DNA of 64,000 nt from Podarcis melisellensis. Lineage: Eukaryota. This document shows positions 49,997-63,429 of this stretch, piece after piece. The notes beneath the pieces are model-generated. The model worked only from the letters and a program-made list of their open reading frames with translations, ran no database searches and had not been told where the DNA came from. The position numbers and the translations under genes are program-made. Numbering within the stretch: the stretch's first letter is position 1; the number at the start of each line of letters is the position of its first letter. The DNA is taken from assembly GCA_964234715.1 (NCBI GenBank), contig OZ174278.1. The stretch is one strand, 5' to 3'.

Positions 49997-52900
49997 TGGC
50001 CATTTTTTAGAAAACAAAAACATTTTTATTCCGTTTTCCAGAACATCCATATTTACAGAGAATTCTGTTTTTTAAAAAATGAGACATTGTCATTGAGGCT
50101 TTCATAATTTGGTATACAGTATACTACCTCAAATAAATATTTTGCATTGTGTGAAAAATTTATTCAGTAAACATTGCTCAGTTCTGTCTAAACATTTTAG
50201 CTTCTGCCTTCCTTCTTTCACTCTAAGTAGCTTTTGTATTTGTACGTTTTTACTTCCCATTCTGTTATGAGTGGAATGTGAGCTATTTTCTAATAGCTAC
50301 ATCACAATATCTTACTGTCAATAGTAATAAAGGACATTAGTTCTCATTGCTATACAGGTATTTGTTATTATTGGTTAGTAGTATTCATTACTCTATTTTA
50401 TTCCTTATTTAAGAGCCAAATTATCTCACTTTTTTTACAAACTCTCCACATATCTAGTGTCATGCCCTACTTTTCCTGAATTTATCATTTAAGTTTCCAT
50501 TTATTTTGTGAAAGACTTAACATTGAAACATTGAAATGTGCATCACCATCAAGTTTGGGATGTACTTTTGGATACATATGCAATGTGAGTTCCAGGAAAA
50601 ACCATGCTAAATGGTTAGATAGCACATACGGTCAGATGTGCATCCAGTTTCATCCACCAACAGGAAGAAATATGTTTTCACATCCAGATAGCCTTACTTG
50701 AATTGGTCAAAAGAAATTGGAATGGGAGAGGAAAACTAAAAGGGTATACCCTTCTCTTTATTCTCATACTCATGACCTTCAGGGATGAGAGTAACACAAG
50801 ACAGAGCAGGAAAATACTTCTATTTGCACTTCTTCCCTTTTTTATTTCAGAGTTTGGGATGTAATGAGGAAAAAGATTAGATGAAACAAACATTTTTATG
50901 TGCTCATTCATCCTTTAAAATCTATTTGCAGCTTGCTTTGGTCTCCACCATGCTGTATAACTTGGTGTTATCCACACACTTAGCTACCTCGCTGTTCACC
51001 CCATATCTCCACTTGATTTACAAATGAGTTTAAAATGTCAAAAAACACCCAGCTCAATATATATCGTTGTATGACTCCACTCCTTACTTCCCTCTGCTGT
51101 GAAAACTGCCCATTTATACCTGCTTTCTGTTTCCTCTTTAACCAGTTACTGATCTATCAGAGTATGCCTTACAAGTAGCATTTTATGGGCAATCAGACTT
51201 CTGAACGGAATTGCTTGTTGTGAGTCAATCTTGTAATTATATTCATGGTCATGTGCAACCTGAAGCAAGGTTTTATTCTAACATAAACATTTCCATCCCT
51301 TTTCTCAGGCTTTTCTCCATTGGGCAATCCTGTAGTTGTATATTCAACTATGAGGTGAATTGTATAGCTCTCCGATGCTCCTCCAGAGACCTTTTTACAT
51401 GCCACTCACACTGGAGGTTACAGGCCTCCTATTGTGATAATAGTCTCTATTTGACTCTACCTTGTTAAGCTGAGAAGTCTCTTTTCTTTCAGGTGTATTA
51501 CAGATTGCAAGAGAGCTTTGTTTTCTATGCTTTTGTAGTTGTGAATAAAGTTTAGAAAATATGCCAAAAGGGAAGTATCATGTTCCACATTTATAAGTAC
51601 AGTATAAGCAGCCATAACATAATGGAACATGTTCAGTTTAACAGGTCTAAGGTTGTGTACATTCTGTGTTTTTAAGGCACATTCTTTTCTTTAAAGACTT
51701 TTGGGAACTGTAGTTTCTTAAGGATTCCTGAGAACTGTGCAAGGGATTAGAATGTGCTTTAACATCTGTACAGAGCTGTAGATCTTGCACTGTGATTGTC
51801 CTTCCCCTAAGACCATTATGAATTATATTGAATACCAGTGGGAGATCAACAGATAAGAAGAAGAGCCATCTGTCTATATTTCAAACATATTATCTGAAAT
51901 AGTAGGCAAATAAATGATTATGGTTTTGATCTCCAAGTTCTCCCTGCCTCCATTCCGGCTAATGCTAAGCATCATATGTAAGTGGCTGCGACTTAAGTAA
52001 AAGCAAATCAGCTGGGAGTTGTAAGAGGGAGAAGCTAGCTGGAGTAAGCGAGATATTAATGGATTTTATATGTTTGTCACATTAGCTCAAGCACACTGAA
52101 CATTTATCTTAATGACAACGACTTTCTGAGTAGAAGAACTAATTTATAAGAAGCCTGCATTTTCACTAAGTGTTTTGCCAGCCCGATGGTCAACAGCACA
52201 TGCTGACCTTGCTGTTTGAGCTAGCAGAGAATTTGGAATTTCCCCATCAATTGGGTTTGGTGATTTTCCATAGGTCCCCAAAGTGCAAGCCACCTGAGCA
52301 ACCTCTCAGAGTCTGCATTCATTTTCTTATTACATTACAGAATGACCATAAGGAAAAGTCACATGGTTAAAACAACGGAGGGAAGAGTTTTTCAACAGTG
52401 TTGTGAAGGGGCCCATTAGGGGTATCATGAAGGGGCAGTCAATTGTCAGTTATTTAGGATGTGATCCAGGGCTTAGAGCTGCTTAGAGTAGACCTGTGCA
52501 AAATCATTTGGGGAAAATCATTTGGGGAAAGAATTTCCTGAAGTTGAAAGAATGTCAATGAATGAAATGCAGTATTGCCCAACCATGGTTATCCTTATAA
52601 AAGGACATGTCTTCTTCCAAAACAAACATGACAGGAAATCCAAAACCCAAGGAAACTGGCAATACAAAGTTCTTTAGCAACAGAGGAGCACTCTGAGTAT
52701 GTCTTTGAAGGGAAAGAAATAGTTGGAAAGCATGGTTTAGCAGATGTCTATGAATCAAGGGGTTATTAACCGTACAGGAATTAGAATGATTTGTCTGTTG
52801 TCATTTGGCAGAATACAATTTGATATAATATGCTGCAGTGCCTGATGCAATAGTATGATTGAAGAAAAGACAAAAGGGAGAAAGGAGAATGAGTCATAAT

Positions 52901-53248
52901 TAGTAGTTCATTGTTCTGCTCAATTGTAACATCTTTCAAAGTAAGACAGAACTTGAAATATGCAAATTGCTAAACTCAAAGACAACTAGTTGATCTTGTA
53001 GGAAACTATATTAGCTCTTCAGGATTTATTTAAGATCCCATTATGTAGCTGAGATCTAAGTGCCATTTGAAACAATATTATAAACTATTGCTATTAATGG
53101 CATACTGCTAGGTGAGATGGAATGATTTTCCTTCCTAGCGCTGATATTTATGATGGCACGAAGCAATTAACCCTTTTCGTTCAATGCATAAGATTGAAGC
53201 AGTTATTGGGGAATTTTACTGAAATCTTTAGTATATTCATAAGAACCT

Positions 53249-53589
53249 GTGGTGCTGTGGGTTATACCACAGAGCCTAGGACCTGCCGATCAGAAGGTCG
53301 GCGGTTCGAATCCCCGTGACGGGGTGAGCTCTTGGTCCCTGCTCCTGCCAACCTAGCAGTTCGAAAGCGCGTCAAAGTGCAAGTAGATAAATAGGTACTG
53401 CTCTAGTGGGAAGGTAGACGCCATTTCCGTGCACTGCTCTGGTTCACCAGAAGCGGATTAGTCATGCTGGCCACATGACCCGGAAGCTGTACGCCGGCTC
53501 CCTCGGGCAATAAAGCGAGATGAGTGCCGCAACCCCAGAGTCGGTCACGACTGGTCCTAATGTTCAGGGGTCCCTTTACCTTTACCTTT
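53249..53589 (+). mobile_element. Sauria SINE, near full length
   Basis: Head GTGGTGCTGTGGGTTA, B box GGTTCGAATCCC, body AACCTAGCAGTTCGAAAGC and tail CCTTTACCTTTACCTTT. Confidence 0.95.
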
Positions 53590-56500
53590 AAAAGGCAAAG
53601 CTCTTAAAACAACAACAACAACAACTCTACTTTCTAATCAGTGGTTTAGCATGGCGTGAACAGGGAGTACAGAACCTTCTTTTGTCTGAGGACCACATTT
53701 CCTTCTGGGCAATGTTCTAGGAGTTACATAGCAATGATGAGCCAGGGCAAGGAGCAATAATGGATGGAACAATGAATGTGAATTTTAGCTTTGTACAGTA
53801 GGCTACTCTCTATCGTCCATCCAGGAAAACAAGAACCAATAACACATTCCTCAGATGCAAAATCATTCAAGCAGGGTGAAAAGCAGGATCTGTGAAGGCA
53901 TTATGGCCTGATGAGAGAGTTTGTGGGTAGGGAGGGATACATCCTGGATCAAATCCCAAGAACTAGAAACGCAAGCTGGGCCTAATGTTCCCTTCTTCAA
54001 TTTTCTTCAGATGTATAAGTTCCTAGGTTACCTCAGCAACATGGGAGCAGCATCAGCAGTTCTCCCTACTGTGATAAATTAGGAGAAAAATACATCAGAT
54101 GTGCCAACTGAATCTGTATCAGTCCCTTAGCACATATGTTTATGAGTGTAAGAAAGAGAAGAAAAAATCCTCTCAAAATCCTACTACCATTTCTATCTCT
54201 ATATCCAACCCACCCAACTGTCTTTCTCATAAAAAAAGAAACGAATTGCATCCTAATGAATTTCCATGACCTCTTAATTGTGCAGTCACTAACATGATTC
54301 AGTGGGCAGCCTCATTCAGGAAAGAAGTATTCACTAAATTTCAAAGCAAAGAAACAAGCCAAGTAACAATAGGTACAACACACTGCTACACCTTCATTTT
54401 GACTGAGCAGGTCATGATAAGTTGATAATTTCAGAATGTAAGATCTATAGCCCAGATTTGGACCTCATCCAACCTGATGTGAACAGATTGATTTATTCAG
54501 CTTTAATATATGCCAGTTGTAACCATCATTTTCTGCCATGTGCCCCATTTAACATAAATTCAGGGCTGTAAGTCTAGATAACCCCTTTTGTCCACTGAAT
54601 TTCCAAAGGCCCTTAAGGTGAACAAACAGTCAAAAAAAGTTCTGTGTTACAGAATAGGGGAAAGAAAGAGTGAATAACAATTGGGCAGCTGCAGCTAGCT
54701 CGCACTACTTATTTATCTCAAAGTTTGCACAAAAATTACATAATGTAAGACAGCAGAATAGTATGTCAATGTGTTCTGAAAGGAAGTGGAGGGCTCATAT
54801 ACTTCCACAAAATATTTTTAAAGTGCCTATTCTTGACACATCTCTATCTGATATGCCAATTTATTCATGAGTCAATGTCTCAAGCTGTGGTGAGTCATTC
54901 TAATTGTCTGGAAATATATTTTGATTACTAACTTTTAGATGGCAAGATTTGTTCCGCAATCAATACATTCCATAACATCTCCACAATTGCCCAATACATA
55001 TGTATATCACTGGGGTTCTATTACCTATTATTAATCAAACACTCTGTCTTGCCTCCACTATATTTTAATTTTCTTACAAATTCACCATATTTATAGGAGA
55101 ATGACTCCTCTTGGTCTCTGTCACTAACAGAGAACTGAGAAAGTATACATCTGTTTATGTTTAATACTGAAAATATATCTTTAAGCACTCTTTCTTGAGG
55201 ATCGTCTGGCCTTTCGTATACATCCTTCTTCTATGAAAGAAACTTTTGATATTTCTACCAAGACATCATAGTTAATGTTCTACAGATCATGGTGTATAAT
55301 ATTATTTCCTCACAGCCTATGATTAAATCACTTACTCCTAGCAGCATATTTCCTTGTAATAACCAAATTGGGTACTCTATTGACTCCTAAACAGAAATGC
55401 TTGTCAGTGTGATAGTGCTGTACTTTACTGTAGCTTCATTTAATTGAACTGAGAATGTTGCTATAAAATAGATGCCATCCAATACAGGACTGGCATTGCA
55501 TTTAGTAGGATGTTCTGTACTAACAGACCGATCAGCAAAACCATTCAGTTAAAATACTTGGGGTTGTTCCCTGTGATCATAAGATCTATCACACCAGGAA
55601 ATAAACATTTAATCCACTGTTGTTAGAAGAGCAAATATTTCGCTCAGGATACTCTATTTGTTCCTGGCTAACAGTGCAAGCTTATGCATGTCTCCTTTAA
55701 ACTATGTCCCATTGAGTTCAAGAAGACTTATAGTTGGTTAGCATCCATCAGTCTCAGGAGACAATGGGGATGTCTGCCTTTGGGGTGAAGTCAAGCTCTT
55801 GGAAGGTTGCAGCACCTCCTGTGGCTCTTAAGACAATAATGATTTAAACATTATTTCTATAATTATTCTATAATTATGGATATATAATAAGACTGTCCTG
55901 GGTCTCTCTGTCCAGTGAGGAATAAAATATCATGAATCTGGTTTAGCAATAAATAAATAAATAATCAGATTAGAATAGGATGTGAGGCAAGTCACAGGTG
56001 GTGAGGATCAGCAGAGGTCAAAGGCAAGGCAGATGTTGAACCAACAAGCAACATGACCCCTAAACTTTCCTTTTGAAGGACAGAGAGGGCACAGCATGCA
56101 ATGTGCCAAGCAGCTCCTGAGACTGGCTGGTCCAATCGGCACTCCTAGAGAGCTGTCTAGGTGAGGTTTGTGCACACTGTCGGTGTTGCTGGAGGTGGGG
56201 TAGGTGCCAGCTCAGCATCAGATTTACTTCCCTCCAGCATGCCTGGAGAGGAGGCACTTCAGGGAGTTTGCCTGAGCTTCCTTCAGAGGCTGGCTCTCCA
56301 CCTGCTCACCAACTGGGACTCTCCCCATAAGAGCAGCATGACTCTGTACCATTGTTAAGAGCTTTACAAGTTAATGGACAGCAATGCAAAACACGACTTT
56401 GGTTAAATATTTGATGCTGCTGAAGCACAAACATCTCTTCGTACGATGTAAGTTACAAAGCTAATACATATGACTGGACTGCCTCTCTCTTCCCTTTGTT

Positions 56501-56797
56501 TTAATTGGAAATTTTCTGAATGTGCTTTGCATTTGGTCTCTGTCCATATCCAGATAAGAAAACAGCTGAGGGCTTAGGAGAGCCAAATCAATCAAGTACA
56601 AAATTGGGTTTGACTACAAGCTCCTTTTGCTTGAGAAGAAAGCTACCTCCAGTTCATCTGTCAGAGCTGCTCTCTATGAAATATTCAGTTCCAAGGTTCT
56701 GACATCCTCAGGAGGTTCAATTCTTCTGTCTATTCTAATGCTGGAGAATGAATTAGCTGTAACAGAGAAATGCTGAGACCATCAGCTGTTTTGTGTG

Positions 56798-56813
56798 TCA
56801 GTAGAGGGCAGCT
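56798..56813 (+). promoter_or_regulatory. Candidate CTCF-binding motif
   Basis: TCAGTAGAGGGCAGCT is close to the CTCF core consensus CCASYAGRKGGCRS. Motif match only. Confidence 0.3.
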
Positions 56814-56927
56814 TAGCTGTAAACTGAAACAACTGGTTTCGGTTGTTTACTGATTTTGTGGGGGGGGGGCACACACACTGAATAATTTTCTTCTTACTTT
56901 ATGCAGCTTTTGCTACACTATTAATAA

Positions 56928-57167
56928 TGTTGTTGTTTAGTCGTTTAGTCGTGTCCGACTCTTCATGACCCCATGGACCAGAGAACGCCAGGCACCTCTG
57001 TCCTCCACTGCCTCCCGCAGTTTGGTCAAACTCATGCTGGTAACCTCGAAAACACTATCCAACCATCTCGTCCTCTGTCGCCCCCTTCTCCTTGTGCCCT
57101 CCATCTTTCCCAACATCAGGGTCTTTTCCAGGGAGTCTTCTCTTCTCATGAGGTGGCCAAAGTACTG
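56928..57167 (-). mobile_element. BovB (RTE) LINE 3' end
   Basis: Peptide MRREDSLEKTLMLGKMEGTRRRGRQRTRWLD...HGVMKSRTRLND with a (CAA)n tail; highly similar to the 45614 copy. Confidence 0.95.
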
Positions 57168-59971
57168 TGTACAAAGTTTCTGTGTGAGTGTTTATTTACT
57201 TCTGTGTCTTTCACTTTCACTTCTTCATGCCAGTAGTTATCCAATACGACGCGTCCCAAAATGGAGGAAATCTGGCTTTCTGCCAATTGTTCCAGGCGTA
57301 TGTCAAAACCTCTTCATTTCATCTCATACCAGAACAGATAAGCCTATACTTTGGCTAGAAGCCTCAATTCCCATCTTCCGCTCCTAATAGTCTATCAGAA
57401 TTAAATGCAAATTCGTAAATCTTTTCCACACAGTTAATAATTAGATCAAAATTATATCAATATTGCAGAATAGTACAGTCTTGCTTGCATACATATAGGT
57501 ATTCAAACTTTCCAGGGTGATTTGCCAAGTGAAATAGCAAATGTGCAATATATCAAAAAGAAAAAAAAGAGGCTCCCCCCCCACCTTTCCGTTCTGACAT
57601 ACCCATTCCATAGTAAAGATAGTCCCTCTTCCACTCGAATCCTTTAGCTCCCCAGTGGCTGAATCAGCTGGCAGAGTAGTTTATCTCCCCTCACTCAGAG
57701 CATGCCCAATAATTAAGTCCGAATTATCATCTTAAAAAATAGGAGTTTGTTCGCTCATGGCGGTGACTTTGGAGAGTTGTTTTCCACCCAGCGCCCCCTT
57801 CCACCTCATTCCTACTGGATTGGGGACAGGTGTTGGGTGATCTGTGGGTGAAGCTGCCCCCCCAGCCCTGGGGGGTGGTGGTTGGGAGGATGATTACTCC
57901 CATCTCATCCTCAAAATATCCCATGCGAAACAGCTCAGATGTAATCAACAGCCTCCGCCATGGCAAGCCAAACCGGAAGTGCAGCATAGGTGGTATATTT
58001 GTGTAAATCAGCATGTTAGCTTTTGTCCTTATCATACCTATTGCTGGGATCCAGATTGCTACTTAAGATATACTCAAAACTTTAGCTAAAGCAGCAGCAT
58101 TTTGTCCTTTTGCTAAAACAGCAGAGGATCCCATGCCATATTGCAACTTACCTTTGAAAGCCCTCTCAGTCTCAAAAGGAGGAGATGTTGACATAGGGAC
58201 AGCCTGAACAACGAATAAAGACACTGGGACTTGAGGACCAGCTGAAATATTTATAACCAGATGATAAATTCTGGAAGCAGAAACATCTATTTTGAGTAGT
58301 TCCTTTAATAACAAATCGTATAATTTTTGACTTCTAGAAGCTTGCTTCTTTATGAATTTTTAAGGAACCATGATGTGCATACTATTACAACACAAATGGT
58401 ATTTTTTCATAATGCTGGTGTTTCGAGTCACATATTGTTTTGGGAAGTGTAAATTATGTTACTAAATTTCTCCTTATTCATAACCTATGGGACTTAATTA
58501 ACTTCTGAATATAGGATTGTCAAGTTAGATGGTTAACCAACTGGAATATTAAAGGACTATTAATGATGGCAGCTCTCTTACAATATTTATATATTGCTAC
58601 ACTGGAAACCAGTGCACCAGTAGTACAGACTCTGCCACCTAACTTTGCAATTCTAGAAGGATCTAATTCATAATGTATTTATTTATAATCTACTCAAGAC
58701 AGAAAGGCAGAACCACCAACAGTGTCATTTGATTCCTGTTGCTTGCTTATAATGGCCAAGTGGTATATTTACATTATAATCTACAAATCATTAGTGGGTA
58801 AGTAAGTCAATAGGTCTGTGTGTGGAGAAAATTAATTGTACACTCTAGGTACAATGTGTGTCAGGATAAATATACAGAACGTGAAATTTGTACAAACTTT
58901 AAAACACATCTCACGTAAATTCTTTTCTTTTTAAACCTTCATAAAACATATGGTTTAGCTCTTTAAAATAATTAAGTGCTCAGCCTGAATTATGTCTAAA
59001 CCAAGATAGCTCATCAGGGAAAATGTGGATTGTTGTCTATTTTCATAACCCATGGTTATAATGATTATAGGTCAAAACCTGCTTGAGATTTTAAGTCATT
59101 AGTATTTTTTTTTTAAAAAATGATAATTTAGATATGCAAATTGTAATTGCTGTTGCTTCTTATAAGTAGCCTCATAATCATCCAGCCTTCCTACTAAGGT
59201 CAAGGTTTTTTTATTTTAAAGCAGTAAACTTCAAACATTTCAGTAGGGCAACTCATTTTCATAAAATTACAAATGAAATTTATGTTGTTCAAATGCAATA
59301 TCTTCCAAACATAAGCACTGCTATTTCACTAATTGCCAGAGGAAACAATGGTATTGGGAGAGATTTCTGTTTCCATGTGCCAGTGATAACAAGTTACTAA
59401 CACACTTTGCTCTCAAACTCACTGCCTGTCCTCTTTCTTATCTGCTTTTTAAAAACTCTCTGTTTTGTGGGGCGAGTGGATACCTTGATGTTGTTTGCAA
59501 TTGTTCTTCCATTGACATTCTTTGTAATTCAATGATATTATTTTAGTATGCCTTTTATAGGCTGGAGATGTGAACAGGATCCATGGGAGTTTACCATGTA
59601 CGGTACATATTGCCTAAGAATAATAATCATGTTTTAAAATTTCTGCAGAAGCCTGAGCTGGATCTCCATTTTAAAACACTGCTTAATTTGGGTTTTAGAG
59701 CCAATTTTTATCAGAACAAAAAAGGAAAGGTTGGGTGAAATTTACAGCCTAAGAAAGCCAAAACTGACCCTATATGTGCTCAGTTTTTATTCCTATATTA
59801 TTCTAATATTCAGCTCTTGTTCTATCCTGAACTATCACACTGTAGGTGGGAGCAATACTAGTCTAAATATATAAAGTAGTAGAGGTAATTCTGTACCTCT
59901 TTACCCTTGTGGAGTCTACAATGGTAAAGAACACACTCCTATTCACACAACCACTTCTGTCTACCTGAGGA

Positions 59972-60141
59972 TAGGGATGGGTAAAGCTATTTCTTTACTT
60001 AGCTGGAGACCTGCATTACCAAATTTGAAGAAGTATGATTCTTGAAACATGATATTTTGGTTTGCATATTGTTTCAGAAAGTGTGAATTGGATACATTTG
60101 CCTTTCAGTGTGAACTGAACTAATCTTTCCCCGCATCCCTA
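59972..60141. mobile_element. hAT-type MITE
   Basis: TIRs TAGGGATG / CATCCCTA. 8-bp TSD cctgagga (59964-59971) / cctgagaa (60142-60149). Confidence 0.8.
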
Positions 60142-60469
60142 CCTGAGAAAATGGGTACCTTTGCACTTCTGCCCATCTAGCCTGTTTTGTGGCCCTTGCA
60201 CCAAACTGAAACAAAACCTTTTAAATGCCTTTTCCCATTACCTTCTCCCAATGTATTGTTCTGAGAATGACACAGACAGGGTTATGATGACTGGGAAGCA
60301 ATAAGCAGGTCCCAAGCAGCTATTCTTTCTCTTTCCAAGCTCTGAGCAGGCTCACTTTGCTACTCTGCCCATTTAGAGATGCTTAGATGTTAAATGTGAT
60401 GTCAGCAATTATTATGTCCCCTCTGGAGACTTTCTATCTTAGAATATGAAGTGGTCAAGAAATGGGATC

Positions 60470-61230
60470 CTCCTTATGGAGGGTCCTGGTTGTGTGCGGG
60501 CCCCTAGGACACCCCCACAGGGTTTATTATTTAGGGGTGTAGCCCAAGTCTTAGCTTTCAGCCCCGGGATCATGCCAGACTGTTTGGGCCAATCACATGA
60601 GGCAGCGTGATTCCCGGGGTCTATAAAAGCAGCAACATGACGTAATTTGGGGCACTTGCTTTGCGCTGTCAGACACCCTCCCTCCCTCCCTAATGTTAGG
60701 TGTTGCTGCTTTGGCCTTGCTTTGGCTGGGTTGCCTGTTTTGGAACAGGGGCTGTGTAGGAATTTTTTCCATTTGGCAGATTGGCTATAGCCACTTGGTT
60801 TTCGCCTACCCTTTCAGCAATCGTCACAACTTTATAAGGTTTGCCGGTTAGGCATTGGCTTATTGAAATGTGTGGGAGGGGAGGTGTGGTCATCACCTGC
60901 CCCTCCAGAAATAGGGTATTGAAGTAAAGGAATCTGGGGGTCCTGGATCTCATCTGAAGTCCGCTTGAGGGGCTAGGACCATGCCAGGACCACAGGAACC
61001 CAGGGGTGAGCTTCAGTTGGTCTTCATCAATGTTGCTCCCTATTTTGGTGTTTACCCTTTCATACTATCAGCCAGAGAAGCAGGAAGTCAGTTATAGTCT
61101 GTTGCCAATGCCTAAGACCAATACTGCTCACTTTGCTGTAATCAATAAAGTTGTGGCCTAAAATTTGCCCAATAATTCAAACTAAAATATGTGCCCGTGT
61201 GAAGTTATTTACAGGGGAGGGTATTGGGAG
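60470..61230 (+). mobile_element. LTR-like terminal repeat remnant, possibly DIRS/Ngaro, related to 22820-23840
   Basis: CCAAT (about 60589), TATAAAA (about 60622) and AATAAAGTTGTGGCC (about 61144), plus colinear blocks shared with the 23-kb element. Boundaries are approximate. Confidence 0.5.
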
Positions 61231-62551
61231 CCTTGAAGAACAAATGAGTCTGGGAATGCACAAGCTAAACTGTTCCTTATTTCATTTATCATGTCCCATG
61301 TTTTTGGATGGTTCCCCTTCTTTTGCTAGTGGAGAATGGGAAAGGAGAGAGTTTACCCTGCCTTGTCAAATGTATAGCAAATAAAATAGGATCTTGGAGG
61401 TTAAGTGGAAAAGGAGGACAAAGTTATCTTGCTTTAATCAACTTGGGGGGGGGGTACTTATTTATTTACACTTTGCCAAGCCCTCTTAATTGCTAAACTC
61501 TATCCATGCATAACTTACATGGGACTTGCCTCTAAATAAACATGAATAGGCTTGCACACTAAGTTTCTGTAACTGAAAAAAGAGCTTCTTCAATGTCTCT
61601 TCTATCAGCATCATATGCAATCATAGAAAAACACTCTTGATTAGTTCTTCACATAACCTCCTCATTTATAGTCATTTAAAATAATGGACCCTGAGTGGGT
61701 GGGTTTTTTTTTTGGGGGGGGGTTGGTAACATCGTACTGTAAAGCACTTATTCTCAGCATCTGTAGTTATGTAGAAAACCTCTCTCACATTGAAGAAGAA
61801 GCTGATTTTTGAGCCAAAATGAATGGAGTCCAAAGTGCAACTTGATTGTATGAATATAGAATATTAACTTAATAGGGAGACAGATAGATTCCTTAAGGAA
61901 AATCTCCAATTGTAGAGAGGGAGGCATCAGTACCTGACAGGGTGGGGCAGAGCTGTGAAGTCCCTTTGACCCCCACTGCCCACGCTGGCCTCAGTGCAGA
62001 TTTCTGGGCTGGATGTGGTACAGAGAAGGGCAGCAGCAAGGTTGAGCTGCACAGATTTACTAGTGACAGTACCACACTGTGAATCTATGGAGCCCTGCCC
62101 TCATCCTGCCCAGCCTCAGCCCCTTTCAGTTAAGCTATAGTGATGGCAGCGTCCCATCATGCCAGCCACTACTAGAGAGAGGAGAAGAGAAAGGGAAATG
62201 AGGATTAGTGAGGGACCCTGATGTTTCTGAAAACTGTTTTCGAGAACAAGTTTACATGCCAGTATTAGTGAGTTAGTGCGCGCGCACACGCACACACACA
62301 AAACACAGAACTCTTGAGCTGTTTCTTACTATTGATTTCTAGGAACTGAACACTTTTCAGAGAACAGCTCCATCTGACTTGAAAGACATCTTACATGCTG
62401 TTTGGAAGCCCAAGCAGGTCTGTTTCAACTGTGAGGTTTGTGCTTTAGTGATAATGGAAGAAGTAGCTGTGTGTTCTGCTGGAAGTTAAATTAGTCCAAA
62501 CGATGAAACTATGCATCAAACTTCTTCCAAAGCACACACATGGTACCAACT

Positions 62552-62719
62552 NNNNNNNNNNNNNNNNNNNNNNNNNNNNNNNNNNNNNNNNNNNNNNNNN
62601 NNNNNNNNNNNNNNNNNNNNNNNNNNNNNNNNNNNNNNNNNNNNNNNNNNNNNNNNNNNNNNNNNNNNNNNNNNNNNNNNNNNNNNNNNNNNNNNNNNNN
62701 NNNNNNNNNNNNNNNNNNN
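62552..62719. other. Assembly gap (N run)
   Basis: Continuous Ns. Confidence 1.
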
Positions 62720-63232
62720 TCCTAAATTCCTGAAACCTGTAAAGGGTTAGAATTTAACTAAGCCCCTGGATCCCCAGATGCATCACTGATGTCCAAGTCA
62801 TTAAGCAAACAAAGGCAAAGATACGTAAGTCATTCTTACCAAGCAAACAAAACAAAAAACCCTACATAATTTTTATTCCATCATTTGTGAACCTGTTTTT
62901 CATCTTATTTCAGAGCCACAATTCAGCAATATAAATTTACAGATAACTTTTTGCAAACACATGATCTCATGCAAGTTTGTCAGTTTAAATCAACCTGAGT
63001 GCTGATGTTGGTTTTATTTACTCAAATATTTTCCAAGTAGGCTTTTACAACCTGAAAGTACTGTGTTATTGTCTACAAGGGTGATACAACTTTAGGAAGA
63101 TTTATCAATAAAATATTTATTAAAATAAAAAGTAAGACACATAACATAAAAAAATAGCATTTGGTCACAAACCAGCCCTGTACACTAACGTTTGATTCCC
63201 CTACCCCCCAATTCTTTGAGTAACAAGTATCA

Positions 63233-63429
63233 GTTACAGATAGGTAGCTGTGTTGGTCTGCCATAGTCAAAACAATTTTTTTTTTCCTTCCAGTAGCAAC
63301 TAAGTTAGTTCTTGGTATGAGCTTTCATGTGCATGTATCTGAAGAAGTGTGCATGCACACGAAAGCTCATACCAAGAACTAACTTAGTTGGTCTTTAAGG
63401 TGCTACTGGAAGGAATTTTTTTTTTGTTT
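63233..63429. mobile_element. Penelope-like element pseudo-LTR remnant in inverted (palindromic) configuration
   Basis: GTTACAGATAGGTAGCTGTGTTGGTCTG start, with inverted arms TTCCTTCCAGTAGCA..CTAAGTTAGTTCTTGGTATGAGCTTTC / GAAAGCTCATACCAAGAACTAACTTAG..TGCTACTGGAAGGAA. Flanked by the 17-bp direct repeat taacaagtatcagttac (63221-63237 / 63430-63446). Confidence 0.85.
63335..63372 (+). ncRNA. Minimal type-I hammerhead ribozyme motif (Penelope-associated)
   Basis: GUAU-CUGAAGA-A-GUGUG CAUG CACAC-GAA-AGCU-C-AUAC: stem I GUAU/AUAC, CUGANGA box, stem II hairpin, GAAA box, palindromic AGCU stem III, and UC cleavage site at 63368. Confidence 0.75.

Noticed and set aside
53249-53330. tRNA gene-like A/B boxes (also at about 1435 and about 44060)
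   Set aside because: They are the heads of SINEs continuing into SINE bodies, and there is no complete cloverleaf.
62343-62417. Open 75-nt candidate plus-strand exon (ELNTFQRTAPSDLKDILHAVWKPKQ); similar case at 59561-59602
   Set aside because: Weak donor and no recognisable homology; such segments arise by chance in 64 kb.
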